Assembly (NCBI GenBank): GCA_017625465.1
Contig: JAGAKS010000016.1
Coordinates: forward strand, 147,034 to 211,033
Direction: 5' to 3'
Length of the DNA: 64,000 nucleotides
From: Clostridia bacterium
GTDB taxonomy: Bacteria; Bacillota; Clostridia; TANB77; CAG-508
Positions 1 to 9,705 of this stretch are shown piece after piece. Below the pieces are notes generated by a model. The model did no database searches. It saw nothing but the letters and a program-made list of their open reading frames with translations, and was not told the DNA's origin. Position 1 is the stretch's first letter. Each line of letters begins with the position of its first letter. Made by a program: the position numbers and the translations under genes.

Positions 1-2323
1 TTAACGAAACATCATATTCATAAACAAAAATATCTTTTGATTTTGGCAAAATCAAATTATTTTGTTCATTAAAATAATTATTTGTTCTAAACTTAGCTTG
101 TGAAACTAATGAAAAATTAAATTTCTTACAATCTACTAAAACATTTGAAGACAAATCCATTCCCTCTGGTAACGTTTTATTTGTATTATCATAAAAAATA
201 ATATTAGAATAATATAAAAGTGGCATATCTTCTTTAAAATTAAGTTTTATAAGATTAACTGCACCCTCACCAGAATCAATATAATTTTTAAGTTCACTTT
301 CAACATTCATATCAAAAATAGTAAAATCATTTTCATGAATGTTGTCTGTTATTGGTACAACCTTATATAAAGGAATTTCATATTTTGAAGACATTTTGGG
401 AACTGCTCCATCTATGTATGAAATAATACTTAATAATTTTTCTGTAAAATCAAATACATCAATTTTCTTATTAATATTTAAAATTCTAAACTTGCTCTTT
501 TCATTTTCTCTATGACTTTTGCTACCAATGTATTTTATTTTTCTATTATCATTATCAATATTTCCAAAAATATCAAAAACTTCACTATCTATATATAGTC
601 TATGTTTATTAAATTCATTCTTCAAACATGTAAGAGCTGCTTCCATTCTAGGCTTGTCCATATTACCTGCACGAAGCAAATTAATTATTTCTATAAGCTC
701 TGTATTTGCAATATATAAACTATCAGTTTCTTCTTTTGAAAGCTTAACTCTTTGTATTCTATCTATTGCAACACCCATTTCTTCAAAATCCATTTCAAAG
801 TTAAAGGCTTTTTTTATAATAGTTTTGTCATTTTTGTTTGCATTTTCATTTCCCATTTCCAAGCTAAGTTTTTCATCTTTATTAGCAAACTTCCAAAATT
901 CAAAAATACTCTTTTTGTGTTTATCAATTTCTTCAATATAAAGTTCTGCATTTCTCACTTTACTATTTAAATTTTCTAATTTTAATTGCAATGCTTTTAT
1001 ATCTTGTTCTAAATCTTTGTTTTTCTTATCAGCCTTATCTCTAATAGAATATATTACAACTACATCTTCAATTGTATAAAAATTCTTTTCTTCAATTTGA
1101 GATATTGCTGGTTCTATTTCAATAGTTTTAGCTTGCTTACTTTTTTTGTTAGCTTCAACTTCTTTTGCCTTAACTTTTTTACTAGATTTAAAGAAATATT
1201 TAACTTTTCCAAAAAATGTCTTCTTATACTCTAAATATGTTGAAATCTCTTTTTGTTTTTCCAGATATTCTTCTTCCTTTTGTTTTGCTTTTTCCTTTAA
1301 ATCTTCTAATTGTTCTTCTAATTTTTCAGAGTTTTCTTTTAAATCCACAATCGAAGTTTTAGCAATATTATATTGCATTTTTATAAATTCTTCTATATTT
1401 TCATAAGTTACTCTACAATTTTCAAAATAGAATTCTAGTCCATTTTTACTATCAATTTTTGTATCAAAAACGAATCTTGATTTAATCTCAGTTTGTAAAA
1501 TAAATAAAGCTTTTAATAATTTATAAAATTTTAAAGCATCTTCTTTTGTTTCAAGTTTTACTTTATATGTACTTTTAACATTGTTATATACATAAGTATC
1601 TCCAACAATTTGTAATGAAAGTTTATTTTCAGTATCATAAACTTCAAATATTAGAGGCCAATTTTTTGTAAATAGCCATAAATAACTTTCAACATTAGCT
1701 ATTTCATCTCTATTTAAAAGTTCCTCGCTATAATTTACATAGTTTATAGGAACAAAAATTGATGGTGCTACTTTATTTTTAGCTTTTTTATTATGAAATT
1801 CAATTTTCTTTTTTAATAAATATAAAAATTCAGAATAAGTTTCTTCTTTAGTACAAACTAACATAAAATATCTATTTGTACTTGGTGAATAATAAACTTG
1901 CCATAAGTGATCTTTATTATATTTTACTTTGAATGGCTCTGCTTTTTCTAATGATTTTTGAAGCAATGAAATATTTTCAATATCGGATACAGACAAAGAA
2001 TTAATTATTTTAAGGAAAGTAGCATATCTTTCAATATCTTCTTCATCACCTTCTGGATTAAAGAATCTTCCAAGTGGAACAGCTTCTGAATATTTTTTCT
2101 TTATGTCATCACTTCTTAAACATGGTGTAATTAAAATTTCTATTTCATCAATTGAAACATAACGATATACTCTATGGTCTTTATCATTATTAAGTCTTGA
2201 AGTATTAAAATTTAAAGGACTAAAATCTTTTAAAAACTCTGGTATTTTTTCAATATTTAATCCCAAAAAATCTAATTTACTTAATAAATCTCCATTGTTT
2301 GCTGATGCTTTCTTGGCTGGCAT
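1..2323 (-). CDS. Large hypothetical protein, at least 774 aa, with a Lys/Glu-rich coiled-coil central region. The ATG is at 2323..2321 and the C-terminus runs off the window start.
   Basis: Hand translation from ATG 2323 (MPAKKASANNGDLLSKLDFLGLNIEKIPEF...) is preceded by RBS GGGGAGGAAAG. The frame was spot-checked as open at several places and at positions 1-60. It is absent from the ORF track only because it lacks a stop inside the window. Confidence 0.55.
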   Translation of the reverse strand, partial: MPAKKASANNGDLLSKLDFLGLNIEKIPEFLKDFSPLNFNTSRLNNDKDHRVYRYVSIDEIEILITPCLRSDDIKKKYSEAVPLGRFFNPEGDEEDIERYATFLKIINSLSVSDIENISLLQKSLEKAEPFKVKYNKDHLWQVYYSPSTNRYFMLVCTKEETYSEFLYLLKKKIEFHNKKAKNKVAPSIFVPINYVNYSEELLNRDEIANVESYLWLFTKNWPLIFEVYDTENKLSLQIVGDTYVYNNVKSTYKVKLETKEDALKFYKLLKALFILQTEIKSRFVFDTKIDSKNGLEFYFENCRVTYENIEEFIKMQYNIAKTSIVDLKENSEKLEEQLEDLKEKAKQKEEEYLEKQKEISTYLEYKKTFFGKVKYFFKSSKKVKAKEVEANKKSKQAKTIEIEPAISQIEEKNFYTIEDVVVIYSIRDKADKKNKDLEQDIKALQLKLENLNSKVRNAELYIEEIDKHKKSIFEFWKFANKDEKLSLEMGNENANKNDKTIIKKAFNFEMDFEEMGVAIDRIQRVKLSKEETDSLYIANTELIEIINLLRAGNMDKPRMEAALTCLKNEFNKHRLYIDSEVFDIFGNIDNDNRKIKYIGSKSHRENEKSKFRILNINKKIDVFDFTEKLLSIISYIDGAVPKMSSKYEIPLYKVVPITDNIHENDFTIFDMNVESELKNYIDSGEGAVNLIKLNFKEDMPLLYYSNIIFYDNTNKTLPEGMDLSSNVLVDCKKFNFSLVSQAKFRTNNYFNEQNNLILPKSKDIFVYEYDVSL

Positions 2324-2390
2324 TTTCTTTCCTCCCCACTTCTAAAAAATCACAAGCAAAGTATATCATACCTATAAATTTTTATCAATA

Positions 2391-2446
2391 AAAAACAAAA
2401 AAAAGGAACGTCATCCTTAAAAACTTTGAGCGTTCCTTTTTTACAT
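2391..2446. terminator. Rho-independent terminator downstream of thrS. The hairpin AAGGAACG...CGTTCCTT is flanked by A/T runs on both sides.
   Basis: An inverted repeat at 2403-2410 and 2431-2438 has T runs on both strands. Confidence 0.6.
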
Positions 2447-2448
2447 AA

Positions 2449-4221
2449 TTATCTAGCGTAATTATTTACTTCTTCTTTAATTTTTGATAGAAATTCATCA
2501 AATTTCATTTGACCAACATCTCCATCTTTTCTTGTTCTAACACCTACTGCATCATTTTGAACTTCTTTTTCTCCAATAATTAACATATATGGTGTTTTTT
2601 GAAGTTGAGCTTCACGAATTTTGTATCCTATTTTTTCTTGTCTATCATCTAGTTCTACTCTTAAACCTTCTTTTCTAAGTTTTTCTGTTACTGCTTGTGC
2701 ATAATCTTTTTGATTATCTGTAATAGGTAAAACTTTTACTTGGACTGGTGCAAGCCATGTTGGGAAAGCACCTTTTGTCTCTTCAATTAAGAAAGCTAAA
2801 AATCTATCAAATGTACCTAAAATTGCTCTATGAATAACTACTGGTCTATGTTTTTCTCCATCTTCTCCAACATATTCTAGTTCAAATCTTTGTGGTAATA
2901 AGAAATCTAATTGACAAGTAGAAACTGTAACATCATGTCCTAAAGCTGTTTTTATTTGAACATCTAATTTAGGACCATAGAAAGCAGCTTCTCCTTCTGC
3001 TTCATAGAAATCCATTCCTGTTTCTGTTAAAATTTCTCTTAATTGTCTTTCTGCATTTTCCCACATTTCATCATCATCAAAGTATTTTTCTTTATTGTTT
3101 TTATCTCTTAAAGATAATCTAAATGAGTAATCTTTAAATCCAAAATCTTCATAAACTGAAAGAATTAAATCCACAACGTTTTTAAATTCTTCCTTAATTT
3201 GATCTGGTCTTACAAAAAGATGCGCATCATTTTGACACATTTCACGAACTCTTTCAAGTCCGCACACACTTCCACTATCTTCATATCTAAAATCATGTGC
3301 AAGTTCACCAATTCTTATTGGTAATTCTCTATATGAATGCATTTTATTTCTATAAATTAACATGTGGTGAGGACAATTCATAGGTCTTAAAACTATTTCC
3401 TCTTCTCCCATTTTCATAACTGGGAACATATCATCTTTATAGTGCATCCAGTGTCCACTTGTTTTATATAATGAAACATTTGCAAGTGATGGTGTATATA
3501 CATGATTGTAACCCATACTAATTTCTTTATCTTGAATATATCTTTCAAGTAATCTTCTAACTGTTGCTCCTTTTGGCAAGTACATTGGAAGTCCTGAACC
3601 AACTAATTCGTGTGTCATAAATAGTTCTAATTCTTTACCAACTTTTCTATGGTCTCTTTCTTTTGCTTCTGCAAGTTTAGCTAAATATTCATCAACTTCA
3701 CTAGCTTTTGGGAAAGATATACCATAAATTCTTTGAAGCATTTTGTTATGTTCATCACCTCTCCAATATGCACCTGATGAGCTCAATAATTTAACTGCTT
3801 TTACAGCGCCAGTACTTGGTAAATGTGGTCCTCTACAAAGGTCTGTAAAATCACCTTGTTTATAAAAAGATATTACTTCACCTTCTGGTAAATCTTTAAT
3901 TAATTCTACTTTGTATGGTTCTTCTCTTTCTTCCATAAATTTAATTGCTTCTTCTCTTGGAAGTTCAAATCTTTCTAAAGGGAAATCCTCTTTAATTATT
4001 TTTTTCATTTCTTCTTCGATAGCTTTTAAATCATCTTCTGAAAAAGGTTTTTCTACATCAAAATCATAATAGAAACCATTTTCTATAGCAGGTCCTATTG
4101 CTAATTTTGCATTTGGATATAATCTTTTAACAGCTTGTGCCATAATATGAGATGTTGTATGCCAATACATAGACTCCTCAACTTCTGCTGTTCTTCCTCC
4201 ACCTAATTTGATTTTAAACAT
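2449..4221 (-). CDS. thrS: Threonyl-tRNA synthetase. It is 590 aa and starts at the N2/editing domain with no N-terminal TGS domain.
   Basis: Class II aaRS motifs are present together with an HxxxH-type editing-domain region and a C-terminal anticodon-binding domain. A strong RBS AGGAGGAAACAG precedes the ATG and a T-box leader lies upstream. Confidence 0.9.
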   Translation of the reverse strand: MFKIKLGGGRTAEVEESMYWHTTSHIMAQAVKRLYPNAKLAIGPAIENGFYYDFDVEKPFSEDDLKAIEEEMKKIIKEDFPLERFELPREEAIKFMEEREEPYKVELIKDLPEGEVISFYKQGDFTDLCRGPHLPSTGAVKAVKLLSSSGAYWRGDEHNKMLQRIYGISFPKASEVDEYLAKLAEAKERDHRKVGKELELFMTHELVGSGLPMYLPKGATVRRLLERYIQDKEISMGYNHVYTPSLANVSLYKTSGHWMHYKDDMFPVMKMGEEEIVLRPMNCPHHMLIYRNKMHSYRELPIRIGELAHDFRYEDSGSVCGLERVREMCQNDAHLFVRPDQIKEEFKNVVDLILSVYEDFGFKDYSFRLSLRDKNNKEKYFDDDEMWENAERQLREILTETGMDFYEAEGEAAFYGPKLDVQIKTALGHDVTVSTCQLDFLLPQRFELEYVGEDGEKHRPVVIHRAILGTFDRFLAFLIEETKGAFPTWLAPVQVKVLPITDNQKDYAQAVTEKLRKEGLRVELDDRQEKIGYKIREAQLQKTPYMLIIGEKEVQNDAVGVRTRKDGDVGQMKFDEFLSKIKEEVNNYAR

Positions 4222-4224
4222 ACT

Positions 4225-4500
4225 GTTTCCTCCTTAAAAATTAAATTTATATGCTATCTGTTTTTTAATACAAAAAAACCTATAAGCATATAGCTTATAG
4301 GGGTAAGATTTTTCTCACGGTTCCACCCTAATATTTAACTCTTAATAGATTTGTAACGTAATCTTACAACGCCAATTTTTCAATTGGAAACTCCAAGGTA
4401 GTATTTCAAATATGTTTTCTTAAATGTGCTTTCAGCCTACGACACATTCTCTCTATAAGTAACCTTTATTTTACTTGTCCTCTTCACAGTTTACATTTTT
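4225..4500 (-). promoter_or_regulatory. T-box riboswitch leader of thrS. It has the conserved T-box sequence and a terminator/antiterminator.
   Basis: The minus strand reads AATATTAGGGTGGAACCGTGAG (plus 4314..4335), matching the AATTAGGGTGGNACCGCG T-box consensus. A terminator hairpin CCCCTATAAGC...GCTTATAGG plus a U-run lies at 4266..4303. A promoter TTGACA-17-TATTAT lies at 4501..4529 (minus). Confidence 0.7.
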
Positions 4501-4641
4501 ATAATACTACTTTATTTAAAATGTGTCAAGAAAATCTGTAACATTTATGTGTTTTTTGTATTAAATTTAAGTAACATACCGTCCTTTATATCTTTGTTGT
4601 AGTATAATAATTATGTATATTTATATAATGTGAGGAAAATT

Positions 4642-6186
4642 ATGAAATTAAATTTAGATCAAAAAACAAAAAAGAATTTTAAACTATTACAATCTTGCTC
4701 TAAAGTAAAAATTATAGAGCTTACTGAAAAATTAATGCAATTAGAAAAAAAGCAAATTGGCCTTATTTCATCATCTGATGCTTTACATACTTTTCTTGAA
4801 GGTCTTTATCAAGATGAGCATAAATACGACAAGTCTGTAATTGTAAATCCTGATTATAGACAACTAACTACTGTTACTTTACCAAAATCTGATGAATTTT
4901 CACCAGATGAAGATCTTGCACAAGACTATAAAGAATATAGTTATCTTTCTAGAAATATTAGTGGATTAAGAAGAACTCTTGAGGAATATGAACACTTAAA
5001 TGAATTATTATCTACTCGTAAAGTTCCTGTACACGAACTAAATTCTTTTTTATCTTCTTCAAAACATACTAAAAGTTTTAAAAAATTTGCAGATTCTGCC
5101 AGAAAAGAACCTGCTATTGCTTTAAGTTTAAAATATAAAATGTTAGCTAATAGAATTGCTGAAAGAAATGGTATTGCCAATACTGTTTTTTATACTAATA
5201 CAGATTCAACATTTTCTATAAATGACCTTTCTTTATCTTTAAATAAAGATTTTAAAGGTAGAGCAATAAATACTGGTGCAAAAATGTTAGCCGGTCTTGC
5301 ACTTTCAGCTACGCTATATGGTGTAGGTTTTTCTCATGGAAAAAATGCTACACAAGTAACTCAAGGAACTACTGAACCACATACTATAGAAACTACAGTC
5401 GATGAAACATCTGATTATGGTGAGGGCGTTGAAAGTCCAAGTATATTTACAAATGGCGTACAAAACATTGATTCTTATGAAACTGCTTGTCAAGATTACT
5501 TTGAAAAAATATCAGACATATATGCTTATAATACTGGTGAAAGTATCGATTTGTCTAGATATGAGCAAGAAAATATTGGATGGAATAATTCTACTACTAT
5601 ATTTACAGTTAATAATAATGGTAAAACTTATAGAATTTCTGCACAAAGCCACGCTGGCTCTAATTTACAATATTTAAAACAAGCACTTGATGCTACTGGA
5701 CTAGAATATGAAGAAACAACTTCTGCTATTAGCTATATTGTTGATAAAAATGATTCTAGTCGTAGTATTGCTATAGCAGATAGCATAGGTAATCCAGTTC
5801 GTAGTGGAAATATTTTAAGCGGAAAAAACAACGCTTATAACCCACTTTATGTTGCAGGTGGTAGAGATATATTAGTTGCACAAGGTAGAGATGCAAGTAC
5901 ATTAACTGAAGCTGAATGTGTTGGAGCTTACATTACATCAGACCAATATAATATTCAAAATGATGAACTTTCTAGAGCTCTTGGTGAAGTTCAAAATCTT
6001 ACAAGATTCATCAAAAATTCTTTCTATTACAGCAGAAATGGAGAGTCTGATCCATACACAGTAGCTTTATATAGAAATAAATCTCGTAGCTTTGCAGAGG
6101 ACTTTGACGCAAGAATTAATGGACAAACTATAGAAACTCCATCTTCTGCAACAACACCAACTGAACAAGATAATAGCGAAAGATAG
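4642..6186 (+). CDS. Hypothetical single-pass membrane protein of 514 aa. It has a cytoplasmic coiled N-terminal half, one TM segment and an extracellular Ser/Thr/Asn-rich C-terminal half.
   Basis: The ATG at 4642 is preceded by GTGAGGAAAA. One hydrophobic segment is present (AKMLAGLALSATLYGVGF). It is a lone plus-strand gene among minus-strand operons. No family was recognised. Confidence 0.6.
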   Translation: MKLNLDQKTKKNFKLLQSCSKVKIIELTEKLMQLEKKQIGLISSSDALHTFLEGLYQDEHKYDKSVIVNPDYRQLTTVTLPKSDEFSPDEDLAQDYKEYSYLSRNISGLRRTLEEYEHLNELLSTRKVPVHELNSFLSSSKHTKSFKKFADSARKEPAIALSLKYKMLANRIAERNGIANTVFYTNTDSTFSINDLSLSLNKDFKGRAINTGAKMLAGLALSATLYGVGFSHGKNATQVTQGTTEPHTIETTVDETSDYGEGVESPSIFTNGVQNIDSYETACQDYFEKISDIYAYNTGESIDLSRYEQENIGWNNSTTIFTVNNNGKTYRISAQSHAGSNLQYLKQALDATGLEYEETTSAISYIVDKNDSSRSIAIADSIGNPVRSGNILSGKNNAYNPLYVAGGRDILVAQGRDASTLTEAECVGAYITSDQYNIQNDELSRALGEVQNLTRFIKNSFYYSRNGESDPYTVALYRNKSRSFAEDFDARINGQTIETPSSATTPTEQDNSER

Positions 6187-6191
6187 AAATT

Positions 6192-6228
6192 TTAAACATC
6201 AACTAATCTTATAGTTGATGTTTTTTTA
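6192..6228 (+). terminator. Rho-independent terminator of the 4642..6186 gene.
   Basis: Hairpin AAACATCAACTA...TAGTTGATGTTT followed by TTTTTT. Confidence 0.7.
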
Positions 6229-6230
6229 TA

Positions 6231-6262
6231 CAAAAAATCCCAGAATAATCTGGGATTCTTTT
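6231..6262 (-). terminator. Rho-independent terminator downstream of rfbB.
   Basis: Hairpin AATCCCAGA..TCTGGGATT with a T-run on the minus strand. Confidence 0.65.
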
Positions 6263-6265
6263 ATA

Positions 6266-7237
6266 TTATTTATCTAAATATTCTGGATGAGCTAAATACC
6301 AATCTATTGTTTTAACTATACCATCTTCAAATTTAGTTTTTGGAAGCCATCCTAATTCGTTATGAATTTTAGTTGGGTCAATTGCATATCTGTAATCATG
6401 ACCTTTTCTATCTTCAACAAAAGAAATTAAACTTTCTGGTTTATCTAATCTTTTTAATATTAATTTTACAATTTCAATATTTCTCTTTTCATTGTGTCCA
6501 CCAATATTATATCTTTCACCTTTTTTACCATTGTGTAAAACAAGGTCTATTGCTTCACAGTGATCTTCAACAAATAACCAATCTCTTATATTTAATCCTT
6601 CACCATAAACTGGTAATTTTTCATCTTTCAAAGCTGCTGAAATCATGTGTGGTATTAATTTTTCATGGTGTTGATATGGTCCATAGTTGTTTGAACAATT
6701 TGTTACAGAAACATTCATTTTAAATGTTTCACTATAAGCTAATGCTATTAAATCTGAACCAGCTTTTGAAGCTGAATATGGACTGTTTGGTTGAATTGGA
6801 GATGTCTCTGTGAAATATCCTTCTTCACCTAATGTACCATAGACTTCATCTGTAGAAACATGTACAAATTTGTTTTCGCTTCCTTCGCCCCAATATTGTT
6901 TTGCTGCTTCTAATAAAGTATGTGTTCCTATAACATTTGTATGTGTAAATACGAATGGATTTTTTATACTATTATCTACATGAGATTCTGCTGCAAAATG
7001 TACAACACTATCGATATTATATTTTTTGTATGTTTCCATTACAAAATCAAAATCACAAATGTCACCTTGAACAAAAGTTATTTTATCCTTGATTCCATCT
7101 AAATTATGTAAATTTCCAGCATAAGTTAATTTATCAAATACAATAATATTGTATTTTCCTTCATATTTTTTTACCATTAATTCTGCAAAATTTGCACCTA
7201 TAAAACCTGCAGCACCTGTTACTAATATATTTTTCAT
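6266..7237 (-). CDS. rfbB: dTDP-glucose 4,6-dehydratase.
   Basis: An SDR fold is indicated by the Rossmann motif GAAGFIG and a YxxxK motif. The start MKNILVTG overlaps the rfbC stop as TAATG, which indicates translational coupling. Confidence 0.9.
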   Translation of the reverse strand: MKNILVTGAAGFIGANFAELMVKKYEGKYNIIVFDKLTYAGNLHNLDGIKDKITFVQGDICDFDFVMETYKKYNIDSVVHFAAESHVDNSIKNPFVFTHTNVIGTHTLLEAAKQYWGEGSENKFVHVSTDEVYGTLGEEGYFTETSPIQPNSPYSASKAGSDLIALAYSETFKMNVSVTNCSNNYGPYQHHEKLIPHMISAALKDEKLPVYGEGLNIRDWLFVEDHCEAIDLVLHNGKKGERYNIGGHNEKRNIEIVKLILKRLDKPESLISFVEDRKGHDYRYAIDPTKIHNELGWLPKTKFEDGIVKTIDWYLAHPEYLDK

Positions 7238-7800
7238 TATTTCCAAATTTCTCCTTCCGTAAATTCTTTTAATGTTTGCCATTTACCATCTTTTTCAGAT
7301 GTAAGTATTTCACAATCAACTTCTGGCCATTCAATTCCAATTTCAGGATCATTATACATAATTCCTGATTCTGCACTATGATTATATACATCTGTGCATT
7401 TATATGTAAACTCTGCTTCGTCAGATAAAACTAAGAAGCCGTGAGCAAAATATGGTGGTATATAAAACATTTTCTTATTTTCTTCTGAAAGTTCAACACC
7501 AACCCATTTACCATAAGTTGAGCTATTTCTTCTTAAATCAACTGCAACATCAAAAACTCTTCCTTTTATAACTCTAACAAGTTTTCCTTGTGTATTTTCG
7601 ATTTGGAAATGCAATCCTCTTAAAACACCTTTTTTAGATTTTGATTGATTATCTTGAACAAATTCTTCTTTTATTCCAATTTCTTCAAAATCTGGTTTAC
7701 TATATGTTTCCATAAAGTACCCTCTGTTATCTCCAAATACAGTAGGTTCTATTACACAAACACCTTCAATATCAGTATCAATTCTTTTAAATTTTCCCAA
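7237..7800 (-). CDS. rfbC: dTDP-4-dehydrorhamnose 3,5-epimerase.
   Basis: Cupin-fold RmlC signature (RGLHFQ...). It is the right size and sits in operon context. Confidence 0.9.
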   Translation of the reverse strand: MGKFKRIDTDIEGVCVIEPTVFGDNRGYFMETYSKPDFEEIGIKEEFVQDNQSKSKKGVLRGLHFQIENTQGKLVRVIKGRVFDVAVDLRRNSSTYGKWVGVELSEENKKMFYIPPYFAHGFLVLSDEAEFTYKCTDVYNHSAESGIMYNDPEIGIEWPEVDCEILTSEKDGKWQTLKEFTEGEIWK

Positions 7801-7814
7801 TTTCTTTACCCCTT

Positions 7815-8726
7815 TTATTTAAATAATTCACTATTATAAATATCTTTGTATGTATCCCAATCTTGTTCAGCAACTTTTTTCAAATATTTTCCATAGTCAG
7901 TCTTTTTATATTTTTCAGCATATTCTAAAATTGTTTCTTTAGAAATCCATTCGTTTCTATAAGCAATTTCTTCTAAGCAAGCAATTTGAACACCTTGTCT
8001 TAATTCTATAGCTTTAACAAAATCTGATGCATCAGATAATCTATCTGGAGAACCTGTATCAAACCAAGCATATCCATTACCTAAAGGAATAACTTGTAAT
8101 TTTCCTTTTTCCATATAAATTCTGTTAACATCTGTAATTTCTAATTCACCTCTGTCAGAAGGTTTTATTTCTTTAGCAATTTTAACTACTTCATTATCGT
8201 AGAAATAAATTCCAGGAACTGCTAAATTTGATTTTGGAACTTCTGGTTTTTCTTCAATAGAAATAGCTTTTCCAGATTTATCAATTTCAACAACACCATA
8301 AGAAGTTGGATCTGCAACTTGATATCCAAAAATAATTCCACCTTCTTTTAATTTGCTTGCAGCTTTTAAAACTCTTTCAATTCTTGAACCATAAACCATG
8401 TTATCTCCAAGAATTAATGCTACATTATCATCTCCGATAAAATCAGCACCTAATATAAAAGCATCAGCTAGTCCAACTGGTTTTTCTTGAACTTTGTATT
8501 CAAATTTCATTCCAAATCTTGAACCATCTCCTAATAAACTTTGGAATGCTGGTAAGTGAACTGGTGTAGAGATAATTAATACCTCTCTAATTCCAGCCAT
8601 CATCAATGTTGATAATGGATAATAAATCATTGGTTTGTCATAAACTGGTAACATTTGCTTTGAAACAGCTAATGTTATTGGATATAATCTTGTGGCACTT
8701 CCACCTGCTAAAATAATACCTTTCAT
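7815..8726 (-). CDS. rfbA: Glucose-1-phosphate thymidylyltransferase.
   Basis: The N-terminus GIILAGGSATRLYPIT matches the nucleotidyltransferase signature. The likely start is the internal Met MKGIILAGG. Confidence 0.9.
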   Translation of the reverse strand: MKGIILAGGSATRLYPITLAVSKQMLPVYDKPMIYYPLSTLMMAGIREVLIISTPVHLPAFQSLLGDGSRFGMKFEYKVQEKPVGLADAFILGADFIGDDNVALILGDNMVYGSRIERVLKAASKLKEGGIIFGYQVADPTSYGVVEIDKSGKAISIEEKPEVPKSNLAVPGIYFYDNEVVKIAKEIKPSDRGELEITDVNRIYMEKGKLQVIPLGNGYAWFDTGSPDRLSDASDFVKAIELRQGVQIACLEEIAYRNEWISKETILEYAEKYKKTDYGKYLKKVAEQDWDTYKDIYNSELFK

Positions 8727-9586
8727 TATTTTAATTCCTCCTTCAAATATTCTTCTAAAGCTTTCTCCCAAGCCTTTGGATATACACCTATATTGTGTAA
8801 TTTTTCTTTTGATAATTGACTATTTTTTGGTCTGTCTGAAGAAGCAGGATTCATTTCTTTGTATTCTTCAGAAGTTACCGGATTAACTTTTGTTGCTCTT
8901 CCAGCTAATTCCATAATTTTGCATGTAAAATCATACCAAGTTGTAAAACCTTCATTTGTTGAATGATATACACCATATTCTGGTTCTTTTTCCATTATAG
9001 CTTCTATTATTTCACAAAGTGTTGTTGTACAAGTTGGGCTACCATGTTGGTCGCAAACTACACTTAATGTATCATGTGTTTCAGATAATTTAAGCATTGT
9101 CTTTACAAAGTTTTTTCCACCTAATCCATAAAGCCAAGCTGTTCTTAATATATAGTATTTTTCAGCTTTTGCTGCATTTTCTTCTCCTAGTAATTTTGTT
9201 TTACCATAAGCTGTTACTGGAGCTGGCTCCATATCTTCTGTATAAGCTTTTTCTACATCCATTTTTCCATCAAATACATAATCTGTACTAATATGAATAA
9301 GTGTACTATCTGTAGATTTTGCTGCATCTGCAATATTTTCAAGTGCTAAACCATTTACTTTATTTGCTAAATCATAATTTACTTCACATCCATCAACATT
9401 TGTATATGCTGCACAGTTAATTATGAAATCTGGTTTTACATCTTTTGCTTTTGCAAGCACTGCTTCTCTATCACAGATATCTAATGTTTGAAGTGTTGTA
9501 CCTGTAACTTCGTAGATTTTTTCTAATCTTTCTCTAAGTTCTCCTCCAAGCATTCCATCTGCTCCTATTAATAAAACCTTTTTCAT
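8726..9586 (-). CDS. rfbD: dTDP-4-dehydrorhamnose reductase.
   Basis: RmlD-like SDR with an N-terminal GxxGxxG motif. It completes the rfbDACB set. Confidence 0.85.
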   Translation of the reverse strand: MKKVLLIGADGMLGGELRERLEKIYEVTGTTLQTLDICDREAVLAKAKDVKPDFIINCAAYTNVDGCEVNYDLANKVNGLALENIADAAKSTDSTLIHISTDYVFDGKMDVEKAYTEDMEPAPVTAYGKTKLLGEENAAKAEKYYILRTAWLYGLGGKNFVKTMLKLSETHDTLSVVCDQHGSPTCTTTLCEIIEAIMEKEPEYGVYHSTNEGFTTWYDFTCKIMELAGRATKVNPVTSEEYKEMNPASSDRPKNSQLSKEKLHNIGVYPKAWEKALEEYLKEELK

Positions 9587-9705
9587 TTATTTTCCTCCTA
9601 AAATTTTATCTCTTTTAAAAACCATTGTAATTATATCACACGAAATCAAGTTGACAAGCTTTTTCACATCTATTTCACAAAAAAACTTAATTTTTCACAA
9701 TTAGT

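Noticed and set aside
519-1406. Plus-strand ORFs 519..941, 752..970 and 1146..1406.
   Set aside because: They are antisense to the long minus-strand ORF at 1..2323. Their products are low-complexity Leu/Phe/Ser-rich translations without an RBS. They are artefacts of AT-rich antisense sequence.
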